A stretch of 64,000 nt of DNA from an uncultured Chloroflexota bacterium (GCA_903864185.1 CAIPEX010000009.1:44281-108280), one strand, 5' to 3'. Counted from the stretch's first letter, positions 39,229 through 49,790 are shown. Notes: generated by a model from the letters alone, not told the origin. Program-made: numbers and translations.

Positions 39229-40377
39229 GTGGGCATGCGCGTCGCAATCATTGGTGCAACTGGTTCAATCGGAACCCAGGCGTTGGATGTGGCCTCCGAG
39301 CATCCAGAACGCTTCACCGTTGTCGCGCTCGCAGCGGGCTCGGAGAGTGAGCGATTCTCAACACTCCGGTCAGCACACCCACATGCCCACGCAATCACTG
39401 GTGGGTCTCGAGAGGATCTCGTAGCCCTTATAGAAGCGTCGGCGCCAGATCTCGTGCTCGTTGCATCGACCGGCCTTGTCGCGCTCCCTGCAACCCTCGC
39501 TGCGCTCAGAGGTGGCGCTGCGGTCGCAATCGCCAACAAGGAGACGATCGTTGCCGGAGGGGAACTCGTGATTGCCGCTGCGCGAGAGGCAGCAGCGCGC
39601 GTAGGCACCTCGGTACTTGAACGCTTGCGGCCGGTTGACTCGGAGCACTCCGCGCTGTGGCAGTGTCTCGCCGGCGAAGATCCAGCAAGCGTTGCAACGC
39701 TCTGGCTAACGGCAAGTGGTGGGCCATTTCGTGAGCGCGGAGCGGCAGAGATTGCGATGGCCACGGCAGAGGAGGCGCTCGCGCATCCCACCTGGACGAT
39801 GGGGGCAAAGATCACGATCGACTCGGCATCACTGGTGAATAAGGGGCTTGAGGTGATTGAGGCGCACCGCCTCTTCGCCGTCCCGATGGCGCAGATTCAC
39901 ATCGCGATCCATCCACAAAGCGTGGTGCACGGGCTCGTTGAATTTACTGGTGGCTCTACCAAGGCGCAGCTCGGCGTGCCAGATATGCGCAGCCCCATTG
40001 CATACGCAATGGGCTACCCTGAACGTATGGCAACACGTGTGCGCTCCGTAAACTTGCTCGAGCGTGGAACACTCTCATTCGATGCGCCAGACCTCGTACG
40101 CTTTCCGGGTCTCCGACTTGCACTCGAGGCAGGCACGCGAGGGCAGGCTGCGACGGGAACACTCATTGCGGCAGATGACGTTGCCGTGACACGGTTTCTC
40201 GCTGGCGAGATGCGCTTTGGCGGCATTCCCGCTCTGATTGAGGCGGCTCTGACGCAGTTCGCTCATGCTGCCTCCCCACGAGATGCGGCAGACGTACTCG
40301 CGCTCGATGAAGAGGTTCGAACCTTTGCACGCGGCTGGCGCCCTTCAGCTGCACTCGCACGTGGCACACATGCCTGA
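39229..40377 (+). CDS. dxr: 1-deoxy-D-xylulose 5-phosphate reductoisomerase
   Basis: VAIIGATGSIGTQALDV (NADPH-binding) and the Dxr fold. An alternative ATG lies at 39235. Confidence 0.9.
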   Translation: MGMRVAIIGATGSIGTQALDVASEHPERFTVVALAAGSESERFSTLRSAHPHAHAITGGSREDLVALIEASAPDLVLVASTGLVALPATLAALRGGAAVAIANKETIVAGGELVIAAAREAAARVGTSVLERLRPVDSEHSALWQCLAGEDPASVATLWLTASGGPFRERGAAEIAMATAEEALAHPTWTMGAKITIDSASLVNKGLEVIEAHRLFAVPMAQIHIAIHPQSVVHGLVEFTGGSTKAQLGVPDMRSPIAYAMGYPERMATRVRSVNLLERGTLSFDAPDLVRFPGLRLALEAGTRGQAATGTLIAADDVAVTRFLAGEMRFGGIPALIEAALTQFAHAASPRDAADVLALDEEVRTFARGWRPSAALARGTHA

Positions 40378-41461
40378 TCTGATCGGGCTCTTCTTCGGCG
40401 TGCTGGGCCCAATCCTCGCATTTGTGTTCATGTTGACCCCACTCATTGTTGTTCATGAGTTGGGCCACCTTATTGCTGCCCGCAAGTTCGGCGTGAATGC
40501 ACCAGAGTTTGGAATTGGATTCCCGCCGCGCATCGCAACCTTCTTTAAGGGTGCAAAGACGGAGCTGACAATCAACGCGATCCCGATCGGCGGGTTCGTG
40601 CGCTTGGCTGGTGCAGAGGAGGGCGATCTTCAGAAGGGCGGCTGGAATCACGCATCCCTTCGCGCAAAGATTGCCATCATGGTGGCTGGCGTTGCGATGA
40701 ACTTCGTTACCGCGATTATCCTCCTGACGATTGTCTTCGGACCGATGAGCGAGCGTGCAGAGGTCTACCTGAACGAGGTGCAAGCAGACTCTCCTGCTGC
40801 AGCCGCGGGAATGGTTTCGGGTGATCGTATTACCGCCATCAATGATGTTGCTCTAGAGATGCAGGGTGCTCCGTTGTCAAATTTGCGAACACTTGCGGGA
40901 GAAGAGATCAGTGTCACTGTCCTTCATGTAGACGGGCGAGCCGAGACGGTGACCGTGCACCTCCGTACGCTTGAGGAGGCAAAAGATCGCGGCGTACTTG
41001 GTGTGACAATCGAGAAGGTGAGCGCTGCTGGTCCACTCAGCCGTGGGCTGCCTGACGCGGCACGGATGGCAGTGGGGGAGTCCGCATCAGTTGCAACGGG
41101 GCTGCTCGACGCACTCTGGAAGCTTGCCTCATCTCCCTTCCAAAGCGGTACAGATGCACCAGCGCTTTCTGGTCCCATCGGACTCTCGGTAGCGGTTGCT
41201 GAGAACGCTGGTCGTTTAGGCCTTGCCGGACTCTTGCACTTCGCTGGAATTCTCTCGGTGAACTTGGCGGTCCTCAACATTCTGCCAATCCCGCCCCTCG
41301 ATGGCGGGCGAGTTGCAACCGTCGTGCTGCGCAGGGCCCTTGGCGAACGGCGGGGGGTGCGCGCCGAGCGAATCTTGCAGATGGTTGGGCTTGCACTTAT
41401 GTTGCTACTCTTCTCGTGGATAACACTCGGCGATGTGCTCGGACTCATCGGGAGGAACTAG
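40370..41461 (+). CDS. rseP: RIP (site-2) zinc metalloprotease RseP/Rip1
   Basis: [14 protein letters not shown] (HExxH) with a PDZ domain; the M50 LDGG motif is present ([13 protein letters not shown]). ATG at 40370 overlaps the dxr stop (ATGCCTGA). Confidence 0.85.
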   Translation: MPDLIGLFFGVLGPILAFVFMLTPLIVVHELGHLIAARKFGVNAPEFGIGFPPRIATFFKGAKTELTINAIPIGGFVRLAGAEEGDLQKGGWNHASLRAKIAIMVAGVAMNFVTAIILLTIVFGPMSERAEVYLNEVQADSPAAAAGMVSGDRITAINDVALEMQGAPLSNLRTLAGEEISVTVLHVDGRAETVTVHLRTLEEAKDRGVLGVTIEKVSAAGPLSRGLPDAARMAVGESASVATGLLDALWKLASSPFQSGTDAPALSGPIGLSVAVAENAGRLGLAGLLHFAGILSVNLAVLNILPIPPLDGGRVATVVLRRALGERRGVRAERILQMVGLALMLLLFSWITLGDVLGLIGRN

Positions 41462-42732
41462 TGAAGCCCACACTGAATGTTGTCGCTCGACCATCCGCAG
41501 AGCGACCCGACCTGCTCAAGCCACGCCGACGTGCCACCCCATCTGTCTCGGTCGGTGGCGTGATGATCGGTGCGGCACATCCCATCGTCGTTCAGTCGAT
41601 GACAAACACCGATACCGCAGATGTGGCCAGCACGTTTGAACAAGTTGCGCATCTTGCACGTGCTGGGAGTCAGATCGTTCGCGTGACCGTGAACAATGAG
41701 CAGGCTGCCGCGGCGGTACCAGGTCTCGTACAGCGACTCGCCGACGCCGGTATCACAGCGCCGATCGTTGGTGACTTCCACTACAACGGGCATAAGTTGC
41801 TTGCCGCCTACCCACAAACTGCAGCCGCCCTAGCAAAGTTTCGAATCAATCCAGGGAACGTAGGCACGAAACACCGCGATGAGAACTTCCAGACGATCGT
41901 CAAGATCGCTGTTGAGCACGGCAAGCCTGTACGGATCGGTGTGAACTGGGGCTCGCTTGATCAAGATCTTCTGACGCAGCTCATGGAGGAGAACGCACGG
42001 GCTGCGGAGCCCGTCAGCGCGCGCGCGGTAACGATTGAGGCGATTGTCCGCAGTGCCCTGCAGTCTGCAGAGCTGGCCGAAGCGACAGGGATGGCGCACG
42101 ATGCGATCATCCTCTCTGCAAAGACATCCAATGTCCGCGACTTGATCGACGTCTACCGCGAACTTGCCGCACGATGCGACTACCCCCTCCACCTCGGCCT
42201 CACTGAGGCGGGGATGGGCATGAAGGGGATCGTCGCCACTGCCGCAGGGCTCTCAAATGTCCTAAACGATGGGATTGGAGACACGATCCGCGTCTCCTTG
42301 ACGCCGGAACCAGGTGGGGACCGTGCACTCGAAGTCGAGGTTGCTCAACAGGTACTCCAATCGCTCGGGCTTCGCGCCTTCTCACCGCAGGTAACCTCCT
42401 GCCCAGGCTGCGGCCGAACGACGAGCACCTTCTTTCAGGCGATGGCGAAGGAGATCCAGGCTTACCTCAAGGAGCGCATGCTTGTGTGGCGTGGACGGTA
42501 TATCGGCGTGGAAGAGCTCGAGGTCGCGGTCATGGGCTGCGTGGTTAACGGGCCAGGCGAGTCGAAACATGCAAACCTCGGGATCAGCCTCCCTGGAACC
42601 TTTGAGGAGCCGGTCGCGCCTGTCTTTGTGGACGGGGCGCTCCGCACGACGCTCCGCGGCGGCCACATCGTGGCTGAGTTCACCCAGATCCTTGAGGAAT
42701 ACGTGGCGCAGCACTACCCGGAGGCGACCTAG
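41461..42732 (+). CDS. ispG: 4-hydroxy-3-methylbut-2-en-1-yl diphosphate synthase IspG (GcpE)
   Basis: ...[14 protein letters not shown]... and the C-terminal Fe-S motif CPGCGRT. GTG start abuts the rseP stop (TAGTG). dxr-rseP-ispG order as in actinobacteria. Confidence 0.9.
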   Translation: MKPTLNVVARPSAERPDLLKPRRRATPSVSVGGVMIGAAHPIVVQSMTNTDTADVASTFEQVAHLARAGSQIVRVTVNNEQAAAAVPGLVQRLADAGITAPIVGDFHYNGHKLLAAYPQTAAALAKFRINPGNVGTKHRDENFQTIVKIAVEHGKPVRIGVNWGSLDQDLLTQLMEENARAAEPVSARAVTIEAIVRSALQSAELAEATGMAHDAIILSAKTSNVRDLIDVYRELAARCDYPLHLGLTEAGMGMKGIVATAAGLSNVLNDGIGDTIRVSLTPEPGGDRALEVEVAQQVLQSLGLRAFSPQVTSCPGCGRTTSTFFQAMAKEIQAYLKERMLVWRGRYIGVEELEVAVMGCVVNGPGESKHANLGISLPGTFEEPVAPVFVDGALRTTLRGGHIVAEFTQILEEYVAQHYPEAT

Positions 42733-42752
42733 ACCGAGCTCAGGAACCCCCG

Positions 42753-42761
42753 TGGTATGAT
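42753..42761 (+). promoter_or_regulatory. candidate extended -10 promoter element (TGgTATGAT) for the nusA leader
   Basis: TGGTATGAT closely matches the TGnTATAAT extended -10. It sits in the spacer of a CCCCC...GGGGG inverted repeat, about 30 nt upstream of the leader terminator. Confidence 0.25.
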
Positions 42762-42787
42762 CAGGGGGATAAAGGCCGCCGAACGAG

Positions 42788-42817
42788 AGACGTGGGTGAC
42801 CCCCACGTCTTTTTTAT
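42788..42817 (+). terminator. intrinsic terminator / attenuator hairpin in the nusA leader
   Basis: Perfect 9-bp stem AGACGTGGG / CCCACGTCT with a 5-nt loop, followed by TTTTTTAT. Lies 30 nt upstream of the nusA GTG. Confidence 0.6.
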
Positions 42818-42847
42818 CGGGGTCCAACAGAGCAGGGGAGGTCTGAC

Positions 42848-43945
42848 GTGAGCAAAGAGCTGATCAGCGCCCTCATTCAACTTGGCGCGGAGCGAGGAAT
42901 CGACCGCGACGCCGTCCTCCGGGCGGCCGAGGAGTCGTATGCCGCCGCGCTCAACCGCAAACACACCTCGGGTGATATCCATGTTCAGTTGAACTCAGAC
43001 TCGGGCGAGATGCGGGTCTTCCGCGGCCGCCGCGTTGTCGAGGAGGTGCTGAATGCTGGCGCAGAGTGGAGCCTGGTCGAGGCACAGGCCATTGACCCGA
43101 GCGCCGTCGTTGGCAGCCTTGTTGAGACCGAGCAGTTGAGCCCTGAGGTGGGGCGCATTGTTGCCGCGCAGGCGCGCCAGGTGCTCCAGGCACGCCTCGT
43201 CCAGATTCAGCGTGACACGATCATGAACTCGTTCATGGAGCGAGCTGGCGAAGTCGTGACCGGCCAGGTGGTGCGCGTCGACCGCCGAAACCTCGTCCTT
43301 GACCTTCAGAAGGCAGAAGCCTATCTCCCTGCAACCGAGCAGTCGCCGCTCGACACCTTCCGCATCGGAGAAAATGTGAAAGCGCTTCTCCTCGAGGTAC
43401 GACAGACCGTGCGCGGTCCTGAGATCCAGCTTACGCGCACACATAAGAATTTCGTAAAGAAGCTCTTTGAGATTGAGGTTCCAGAGTTGCTCGACGGCAC
43501 GGTCGAGATCACTGGCATTGCGCGAGAGCCAGGGAATCGCACGAAGTTGATGGTCGCCTCACGCCAGCCGGGACTTGATCCTGTAGGTGCGGTGATCGGA
43601 CAGCGTGGCGCACGCGTGCAGGCTATCGTCGAAGATCTCGGCGGTGAAAAGATTGACATCATTGCGCACACCGACGACCCCGCAGAGATGATCGGTCGGG
43701 CCCTTGCGCCTGCCCCCGTGCTCTCAGTCACGGTTGACGAAGCAACGACGTCAGCTGTTGTTGTGGTGCCAGAGCGCGCGCTCTCGCTTGCGATCGGTGC
43801 GGGTGGCCAAAACGCACGCCTTGCAGCGCGACTTACCGGTTACCGAATCGATATCAAGAGTGACAATCCGAATCCAGGTACGCAATCAGATGATGCGACC
43901 AGCGAACCAGCAGACGTTGCAGTGGTCGCTGAGCCGGAGGCATAA
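42848..43945 (+). CDS. nusA: transcription termination/antitermination factor NusA (short form without AR domains)
   Basis: N-terminal domain, S1 and two KH domains (...IGQRGARVQAIVEDLGGEKIDII...). Shine-Dalgarno sequence GGGGAGG, GTG start. Confidence 0.92.
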   Translation: MSKELISALIQLGAERGIDRDAVLRAAEESYAAALNRKHTSGDIHVQLNSDSGEMRVFRGRRVVEEVLNAGAEWSLVEAQAIDPSAVVGSLVETEQLSPEVGRIVAAQARQVLQARLVQIQRDTIMNSFMERAGEVVTGQVVRVDRRNLVLDLQKAEAYLPATEQSPLDTFRIGENVKALLLEVRQTVRGPEIQLTRTHKNFVKKLFEIEVPELLDGTVEITGIAREPGNRTKLMVASRQPGLDPVGAVIGQRGARVQAIVEDLGGEKIDIIAHTDDPAEMIGRALAPAPVLSVTVDEATTSAVVVVPERALSLAIGAGGQNARLAARLTGYRIDIKSDNPNPGTQSDDATSEPADVAVVAEPEA

Positions 43946-44219
43946 GACGAACGCAATCATCCGCACATGCATCGTCTGCCGTGAAGAGCGCGGGAGCGAT
44001 GAGCTTGTGCGAGTAACGGCTGGACCAGGCGCAGGTCAAGAGTCAACTGGAAAGATCGGCAGAGGCGCTTGGATCTGCCGCGGGGCTGATGAAGAGCACG
44101 AGCGTGACCTACGCAACGTGCTCTCGCGGTCACTCCGCCGAGCGGTGAGTGAAGAAGAGCTAAACGCGGTGCTCGTAGAACGAGCATCGACGAGCAGTAC
44201 GAAGGAGGGCGAGCGATGA
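43917..44219 (+). CDS. ylxR: YlxR/DUF448 family RNA-binding protein
   Basis: RTCIVCREERGSDELVRV...GKIGRGAWIC pattern of DUF448. Conserved position between nusA and infB. The start is uncertain (TTG 43917 or a non-canonical codon). No ATG/GTG lies between the nusA stop and the conserved Cys motif. Confidence 0.55.
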   Translation: MQWSLSRRHKTNAIIRTCIVCREERGSDELVRVTAGPGAGQESTGKIGRGAWICRGADEEHERDLRNVLSRSLRRAVSEEELNAVLVERASTSSTKEGER

Positions 44220-46090
44220 CAAAGCAGCGAAAGAGCGCACGCCCACCTCGGCCAGAACGCGCACCGCTTGAGCCGCGCGCCGAGCGACCAGCGCAAGTCC
44301 ACGACGGGATTCTTGAGCTGCCATCAACCATCATTGTGAGCGACCTCGCGACGCTACTAAAGGTCAACCCTGCCGACATCATCAACCCCCTCATTCGCAG
44401 TGGCGTATTCGCAACGATGAATCAAGGCATCGATCGTGAGACCGCGGCGCTCATTGCAACCGAGCTCGGATTTACCGTTGCTGAACCAGAACCTGAAGCT
44501 GTTGAAAGTGAACCAGCTGAGCCAGTGAAGACACAGCCGGCAGCGGCAAAGACCGTCTTCTTCGAAGAGCGCGTGGGTGCAAAGCTCGTCGCGCGTGCAC
44601 CAATCGTCACGGTTATGGGGCACGTTGATCATGGAAAGACGAGCCTGCTCGATGCATTGCGAAAGACCTCAGTGGCTGCTGGTGAGCGTGGCGGGATTAC
44701 GCAACACCTTGGCGCGAGCGAGGTGCGCCGGGGTGACCGCTCCGTCCTCTTCCTCGACACTCCAGGTCACGAAGCCTTTACCGCTATGCGCGCACGAGGC
44801 GCGCGCGTCACAGATATCGCAGTGATTGTTGTAGCAGCCGACGATGGCGTCATGCCGCAAACGCGTGAAGCGATCAGCCATGCGCGAGCAGCGAACGTGC
44901 CAATCATCATCGCGATGAACAAGATCGATAAGCCTGATGCAAATCCTGAGCGCGTGAAATCTGAACTTGCTGAATCAAACGTTGTCGTTGAGGCATACGG
45001 CGGCGATGTCCCGATGGTGGCTGTTTCAGCGAAGAGTGGCGAGGGGCTCGACGAGCTCCTCGACATGGTCCTCCTCGTAGCCGACCTTGGTGACTACACG
45101 GCGGATCCAGACCGAGCCGCAGTCGGCACGGTGATCGAGGCTCAGCGCGATAAGGGCCGCGGGCCCATCGCAACGGTAATCGTTCAAACGGGCACGCTTC
45201 ACGTGGGCGACGCCGTGGTTGCTGGTGGTGTTTCGGGTAAAGTCCGCTCGCTTGAGTCGACCGACGGCAAGCGGATTAAGTCTGCCGGACCATCGACAGC
45301 GGCGATCCTTTCGGGCCTCCCTGAGGTTCCGGCAAGCGGCGAGATCTTCCGGGTTGCTCCCGATGAGCGCGCTGCTCGTGAGATGGCAGAACAGGCACGC
45401 AATGAAGCTACTGCTGGTCGCGAGGGCCGAGGGCACGCATCGATGGAAGACCTCTACCAGAGGATCCAGTCGGGTGGAGGCAAGGAGGTGCGCGTCATCC
45501 TTAAGTCAGATGTTGCCGGCTCCCTTGGTGCGATCGAGCATCAGTTGGAGAAGATTCAAAGCGACGAGGTGCGCATCAACGTCCTCCTTTCTGCCGCAGG
45601 TGAGGTGACGGAGAACGACATCCTTCTTGCCAGCGCATCTGACGCGATTGTCCTTGGATTCACCACGAGTGTCACCCCAGGCGCACGTCGCATGGCTGAG
45701 ACAGAGAAGGTCGATGTTCGTCTTTACGAGATCATCTATGAGCTTGCCGATGATATGAAGGCAGCAATTGAAGGCATGCTCGACCCTGAGAAGTCCGAAG
45801 TGATCGAGGGCCGTGCAGAGGTGAAGCAGATCTTCCCAGGGAAGGGGATCATCATCGCCGGCTGCGTTGTTCGCGAAGGCCGGGTGACGCGCGGAGCAAA
45901 GGTCCGACTCTTCCGAGGCGGGAATCTTGTTGCGACTGACGTGATCGAGTCCCTCCGCCGCTTCCGCGACGATGTGCGCGAGGTGAAAGAGGGGCAAGAG
46001 TGCGGCATCGGCATCGGTGAGGGGATCGTGGTGCAAGAGGGAGACATGCTGGAGATCGTTGGGGAACAATCAACGCGCAGGAAGCTGTAG
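44216..46090 (+). CDS. infB: translation initiation factor IF-2 (short N-terminus)
   Basis: G domain [24 protein letters not shown] and NKID motifs, plus the IF-2 C-terminal beta-barrels. Confidence 0.93.
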   Translation: MTKQRKSARPPRPERAPLEPRAERPAQVHDGILELPSTIIVSDLATLLKVNPADIINPLIRSGVFATMNQGIDRETAALIATELGFTVAEPEPEAVESEPAEPVKTQPAAAKTVFFEERVGAKLVARAPIVTVMGHVDHGKTSLLDALRKTSVAAGERGGITQHLGASEVRRGDRSVLFLDTPGHEAFTAMRARGARVTDIAVIVVAADDGVMPQTREAISHARAANVPIIIAMNKIDKPDANPERVKSELAESNVVVEAYGGDVPMVAVSAKSGEGLDELLDMVLLVADLGDYTADPDRAAVGTVIEAQRDKGRGPIATVIVQTGTLHVGDAVVAGGVSGKVRSLESTDGKRIKSAGPSTAAILSGLPEVPASGEIFRVAPDERAAREMAEQARNEATAGREGRGHASMEDLYQRIQSGGGKEVRVILKSDVAGSLGAIEHQLEKIQSDEVRINVLLSAAGEVTENDILLASASDAIVLGFTTSVTPGARRMAETEKVDVRLYEIIYELADDMKAAIEGMLDPEKSEVIEGRAEVKQIFPGKGIIIAGCVVREGRVTRGAKVRLFRGGNLVATDVIESLRRFRDDVREVKEGQECGIGIGEGIVVQEGDMLEIVGEQSTRRKL

Positions 46091-46092
46091 CC

Positions 46093-46500
46093 ATGGTTGA
46101 CCGCATGCCGCGTGTGGACGAGCTTCTTCGAGAGGAGATCAGCTCGCATATCTCTCGCGACATTAGCGATCCGCGGCTTGGGTTTGTGACGGTAACCGCG
46201 GTTGAGACAGCACCAGACCTGCAGCACGCCAAGGTCTACGTCAGCATGATCGGCACCGAGGCCCAAGCAGCAGATTCACTTGCAGCGCTGAAGAGTGCTG
46301 CGCCATACATCCGCACCCTCATCTCTCGCGGGCTTCGCATTCGTCGTGTGCCGGCACTGCACTTTGCTGTGGATGCAACGGGTCTACGCGGTGCACGGAT
46401 TCAACAACTATTGGGAAGCATCGCAAACGGCAGCCAGCCGCCAGCAGATCTCTCGGAACTACCTACGCCAGGGGCGAGTAACGCGGAAAGCCATGAGTAG
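46093..46500 (+). CDS. rbfA: ribosome-binding factor A
   Basis: RVDELLREEISSHISRDISDPRLGFVTVTAVETAPDLQHAKVYVS. Confidence 0.9.
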   Translation: MVDRMPRVDELLREEISSHISRDISDPRLGFVTVTAVETAPDLQHAKVYVSMIGTEAQAADSLAALKSAAPYIRTLISRGLRIRRVPALHFAVDATGLRGARIQQLLGSIANGSQPPADLSELPTPGASNAESHE

Positions 46501-47542
46501 CCTGGCGCACCTCACGAGGTCGCTCGAGGCCGAAGCGAAGAGCGTTGTTCCGCCTGAACTATTGAAGCTGCTTACCACGGCACAGCGAGTGTGGGTTGTC
46601 CCTCACGAGCGTCCCGATGCCGATGCGCTCGGCGCAGCGCTCGCCCTTCAGTTGATCCTCGCAGGGCGAGGCGTTGAGGTGGCCGTTGTGAGCGCAGATC
46701 TCCCTTCGCAAGTGTATGACGTGATCCCGACCATCGGCCGCGTGGTGACGGAGCCGCCAGCGTGGGCGCCCGATGCGGTCGTGCTCGTCGATTGTGCGGA
46801 CCCACGTCGTGCCGGTCGCATCGGCGTACTCATTGACGCACTCCCTGCAACAACGCCACGTGCTCTCATTGACCATCACGTCTCCAACAATGCAACGTGG
46901 CCAATCAGCTGGATTGATGCCTCAGCAGCAGCGACATGTGAACTGGTTACGCTGCTCGCAGTTGCACTCGGCACAGAGTTGGAGAAGGTCGACGGGCTTC
47001 CCGCAACGCTTGCCGCCGGCCTCATCATGGATACGGCAACGTTCCAGCATGGGAACACAACTCCGCGCACATTAGAGGTTGGTGCACTCCTCCTCGCCGC
47101 TGGCGCGCCTATCTCTGAAATCTCGCGTCGCATCTATCGCACAAAGCCACTATCGCAACTCCAGTTGCACGCAGCCGTCCTCTCGTCCATTGCGACGAGC
47201 GATGAGGGGAGCACCATCTACGCCGTCATGAGCGAGCGCGACCTCACAAGCGTTCATGCATCAGTCGAAGACAGCGAGGGGATCGTCGACGTCTTGGCAC
47301 AGGCAGCAGCATCCGATGTCGCGCTCTTCTTTAAGGAGGAGAGTCCAACAGCGACGAGGCTCTCTGTGCGGACAAAGGGGGATGCGCCAGATGCAACAGC
47401 AATCGTTGCAACGTTCGGCGGCGGGGGGCATGCTCGAGCTGCAGGCGCAACCGTTGCTGCATCGCTGCCAGACGCCACCGCACTTGTGCTCACCGAAGTC
47501 GCACGTCTCCGCAGAAACGGTACAACGCGCCGAGCGGAGTAG
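46493..47542 (+). CDS. nrnA: DHH/DHHA1 family bifunctional oligoribonuclease/pAp phosphatase NrnA
   Basis: DHH motifs (HERPDADALGAAL, DHH at IDHHVSN) and DHHA1 GGGH. ATG overlaps the rbfA stop. Conserved rbfA-nrnA-truB order. Confidence 0.8.
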   Translation: MSSLAHLTRSLEAEAKSVVPPELLKLLTTAQRVWVVPHERPDADALGAALALQLILAGRGVEVAVVSADLPSQVYDVIPTIGRVVTEPPAWAPDAVVLVDCADPRRAGRIGVLIDALPATTPRALIDHHVSNNATWPISWIDASAAATCELVTLLAVALGTELEKVDGLPATLAAGLIMDTATFQHGNTTPRTLEVGALLLAAGAPISEISRRIYRTKPLSQLQLHAAVLSSIATSDEGSTIYAVMSERDLTSVHASVEDSEGIVDVLAQAAASDVALFFKEESPTATRLSVRTKGDAPDATAIVATFGGGGHARAAGATVAASLPDATALVLTEVARLRRNGTTRRAE

Positions 47543-47544
47543 AC

Positions 47545-48525
47545 ATGGCTAGGCGTCGCCCAAGTACGCCTGGCATTGACGGCGTGCTCCTCGTAGATAA
47601 ACCATCAGGACCAACGAGCCACGACGTCGTTGCAAAAGTACGTCGCCTCGCCGGACAGCCCCGCATCGGTCACGGGGGCACACTTGACCCGTTTGCAACG
47701 GGGGTTCTCGTCCTCGTCCTCGGTCGTGCAACACGCCTCGCCTCGCTGCATCTCGGCGGGATCAAACGCTACGAGGCGACCTTCTCGTTTGGTGGTCAAA
47801 CGACAACCGACGACCTGGACGGCGAGAGGGTCGGCGAGAGGGTCGGGAGCGCCACGGCAACAGCGACGAGAGATGCGGTTGCAGCCCTTCTGCCGCGCTT
47901 TCGGGGACTACTCGAGCAGGTGCCGCCGAGCCACTCAGCAAAGCGCACAGACGGTGTCCGTGCGTATGAGCGCGCGCGGGCAGGGGAGGTCGTTGAGCTC
48001 GCACCGCGGAGTGTTGAGGTCCGCCACTTTGAGCTGACGAGCTGGGACGACTCCCACCCTGAAGAGCCGCTCATGTCGGCCGTCCTAGAGGTCAGCTCTG
48101 GCACGTACATTCGCGCGATCGCTCGCGACCTTGGTGCAGCAGTTGGATCTGGTGCGCACCTCGTTGCACTTCGCCGTACCGCTGCGGGGGCGTTCGATGT
48201 TGCGCAGGCGCACGCCATGGAAGAGGTTGCACAGGCCGCGCTCGAAGGGCGCCTGCGCGATCTACTCCTGCCGCTCGATGCAGGTCTAACGGCGCTCCCC
48301 GTAGGCGTGATCACTGCCGAGGCTGGAGCGTTGATCACTGATGGTGCGCTGATCCCCGATGAGATGCTTGATGCCGCCGGCCGATCGGTTCTTGAAGGAG
48401 AGCAGCTCCGCCTGACGATTGATGGCAACTTAGTCGCACTTGCACGGCGCACAGCTCGAGGAGCACAGCCAGAACGCGTCTTCACTGTGCCGGTCCTGCC
48501 GCGAAGTGTTGGCGTGCGACGATGA
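47545..48525 (+). CDS. truB: tRNA pseudouridine55 synthase TruB
   Basis: GVLLVDKPSGPTSHDVV and GHGGTLDPFATGVLVL. Confidence 0.92.
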   Translation: MARRRPSTPGIDGVLLVDKPSGPTSHDVVAKVRRLAGQPRIGHGGTLDPFATGVLVLVLGRATRLASLHLGGIKRYEATFSFGGQTTTDDLDGERVGERVGSATATATRDAVAALLPRFRGLLEQVPPSHSAKRTDGVRAYERARAGEVVELAPRSVEVRHFELTSWDDSHPEEPLMSAVLEVSSGTYIRAIARDLGAAVGSGAHLVALRRTAAGAFDVAQAHAMEEVAQAALEGRLRDLLLPLDAGLTALPVGVITAEAGALITDGALIPDEMLDAAGRSVLEGEQLRLTIDGNLVALARRTARGAQPERVFTVPVLPRSVGVRR

Positions 48526-49373
48526 TCCCGCACGTAGCAAGCTGGAGCGCCCTGGAGCATGAACTAGGGGCACGAGTGCCTTCGCGCGGTGTCGTCCTGA
48601 CGCTCGGCGTGTTCGACGGCATGCACCTCGGCCACGTCGCCCTGCTCAAGCGCGCGCATGAGATGGCGCAGGGGTTGGACGCGCTGCGCGTGCATGTTGG
48701 CTTTACGCCACACCCAGACCTTCTCTTGCGCGGGGTGCTCCCACTTCAGCTGCTCGACCCTTCAGAGCTCGTCGCTCGTATGGAACAGGCAGGCGTCGAC
48801 CTCTTCTGCGAACTGCCATTTGACGCTCAGCTGCGCGATACGCTCTGGTCAGACTTTTTGATGCGCCTTACAAGTGTCACGAAGGCGGTCGGCATCACCC
48901 TCTCGCCTGAGAGTGCCTTTGGCGCACGCCGAGAAGGGACAGTCGCGCGCGTGGAGGCATGGGGGAGTGTGCACGGCCTCCAGGTCGCAGGGGTCGACGA
49001 AGTGCTCTGGGGCGGCGCGGCCGTTAGGAGTACCCGTATTCGCGAGGCAGTCGGACAGGGCGACCTTCAGGCAGCTCACGCAATGCTTGGACGCCCCTAT
49101 GCATTGATCGGCACGCGAACTGGTGACGCACTCGACCTCTCGCTCGAGCGGACCGCATGGTGCATCCCGCCAAGTGGGCAGTATGAGGTGGCCCTCCAGC
49201 CCCTTGAGCTCGCACTGCACGATCTTGAGGGCTCACGCGGAGAGGATGCCGTGGTCCGGGTGGATCGTGAGGCACGGATCTGCCACCTGCCCCCTGCAAC
49301 CCCTCGCGCCCACGAGGCTATTGATGGTGAAAAGGTGCGCATAACGCTCCGCGCTAGACGGCTGGGCGCCTGA
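48522..49373 (+). CDS. ribF: bifunctional riboflavin kinase / FMN adenylyltransferase
   Basis: LGVFDGMHLGHVAL (nucleotidyltransferase) plus a C-terminal riboflavin kinase domain. Confidence 0.88.
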   Translation: MIPHVASWSALEHELGARVPSRGVVLTLGVFDGMHLGHVALLKRAHEMAQGLDALRVHVGFTPHPDLLLRGVLPLQLLDPSELVARMEQAGVDLFCELPFDAQLRDTLWSDFLMRLTSVTKAVGITLSPESAFGARREGTVARVEAWGSVHGLQVAGVDEVLWGGAAVRSTRIREAVGQGDLQAAHAMLGRPYALIGTRTGDALDLSLERTAWCIPPSGQYEVALQPLELALHDLEGSRGEDAVVRVDREARICHLPPATPRAHEAIDGEKVRITLRARRLGA

Positions 49374-49452
49374 TTGCTACCCTAGGGGCATATCAGTGTG
49401 ATGTGAATGAAGGGTCGCCCTTTGAGCGGCCAGGAAGACAGGAGAACACCAG

Positions 49453-49722
49453 TTGCCACTAGACACGACAGCCGTTGAGCGCATCGTCGCTGAAAACGGT
49501 CGACACGCCAAGGACACAGGCTCTGCAGAGGTGCAAATTGCCCTCCTCACGGCGCGCATCGAAGAGTTGACGCGCCACTTGCAGACCTTTAAGCAGGACA
49601 ATCATTCGCGCCGCGGGCTTCTCAAGCTCGTCGGTCAGCGACGCCGCCTGCTGACCTTCCTTAAGCGTGACAACGCGGCCAGCTACCTCGCCCTCAGCGA
49701 GAAGCTCGGACTTCGCCGCTAA
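49453..49722 (+). CDS. rpsO: 30S ribosomal protein S15
   Basis: ...[50 protein letters not shown] start. Confidence 0.92.
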   Translation: MPLDTTAVERIVAENGRHAKDTGSAEVQIALLTARIEELTRHLQTFKQDNHSRRGLLKLVGQRRRLLTFLKRDNAASYLALSEKLGLRR

Positions 49723-49728
49723 CCCCGA

Positions 49729-49776
49729 GCTCGGCAATAGCCGAGCACCTTGGCTGTGAGCACATATGTGCCAGCC
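49729..49776 (+). promoter_or_regulatory. two tandem hairpins in the rpsO-pnp spacer (candidate rpsO attenuator and pnp 5'-UTR processing/autoregulatory hairpin)
   Basis: Hairpin 1: GCTCGGC-aata-GCCGAGC (49729..49746). Hairpin 2: GGCTG-tga-GCACAT/ATGTGC-CAGCC (49752..49776). Shine-Dalgarno sequence AGGAGA is at 49782. Confidence 0.35.
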
Positions 49777-49790
49777 TGAATAGGAGAACC

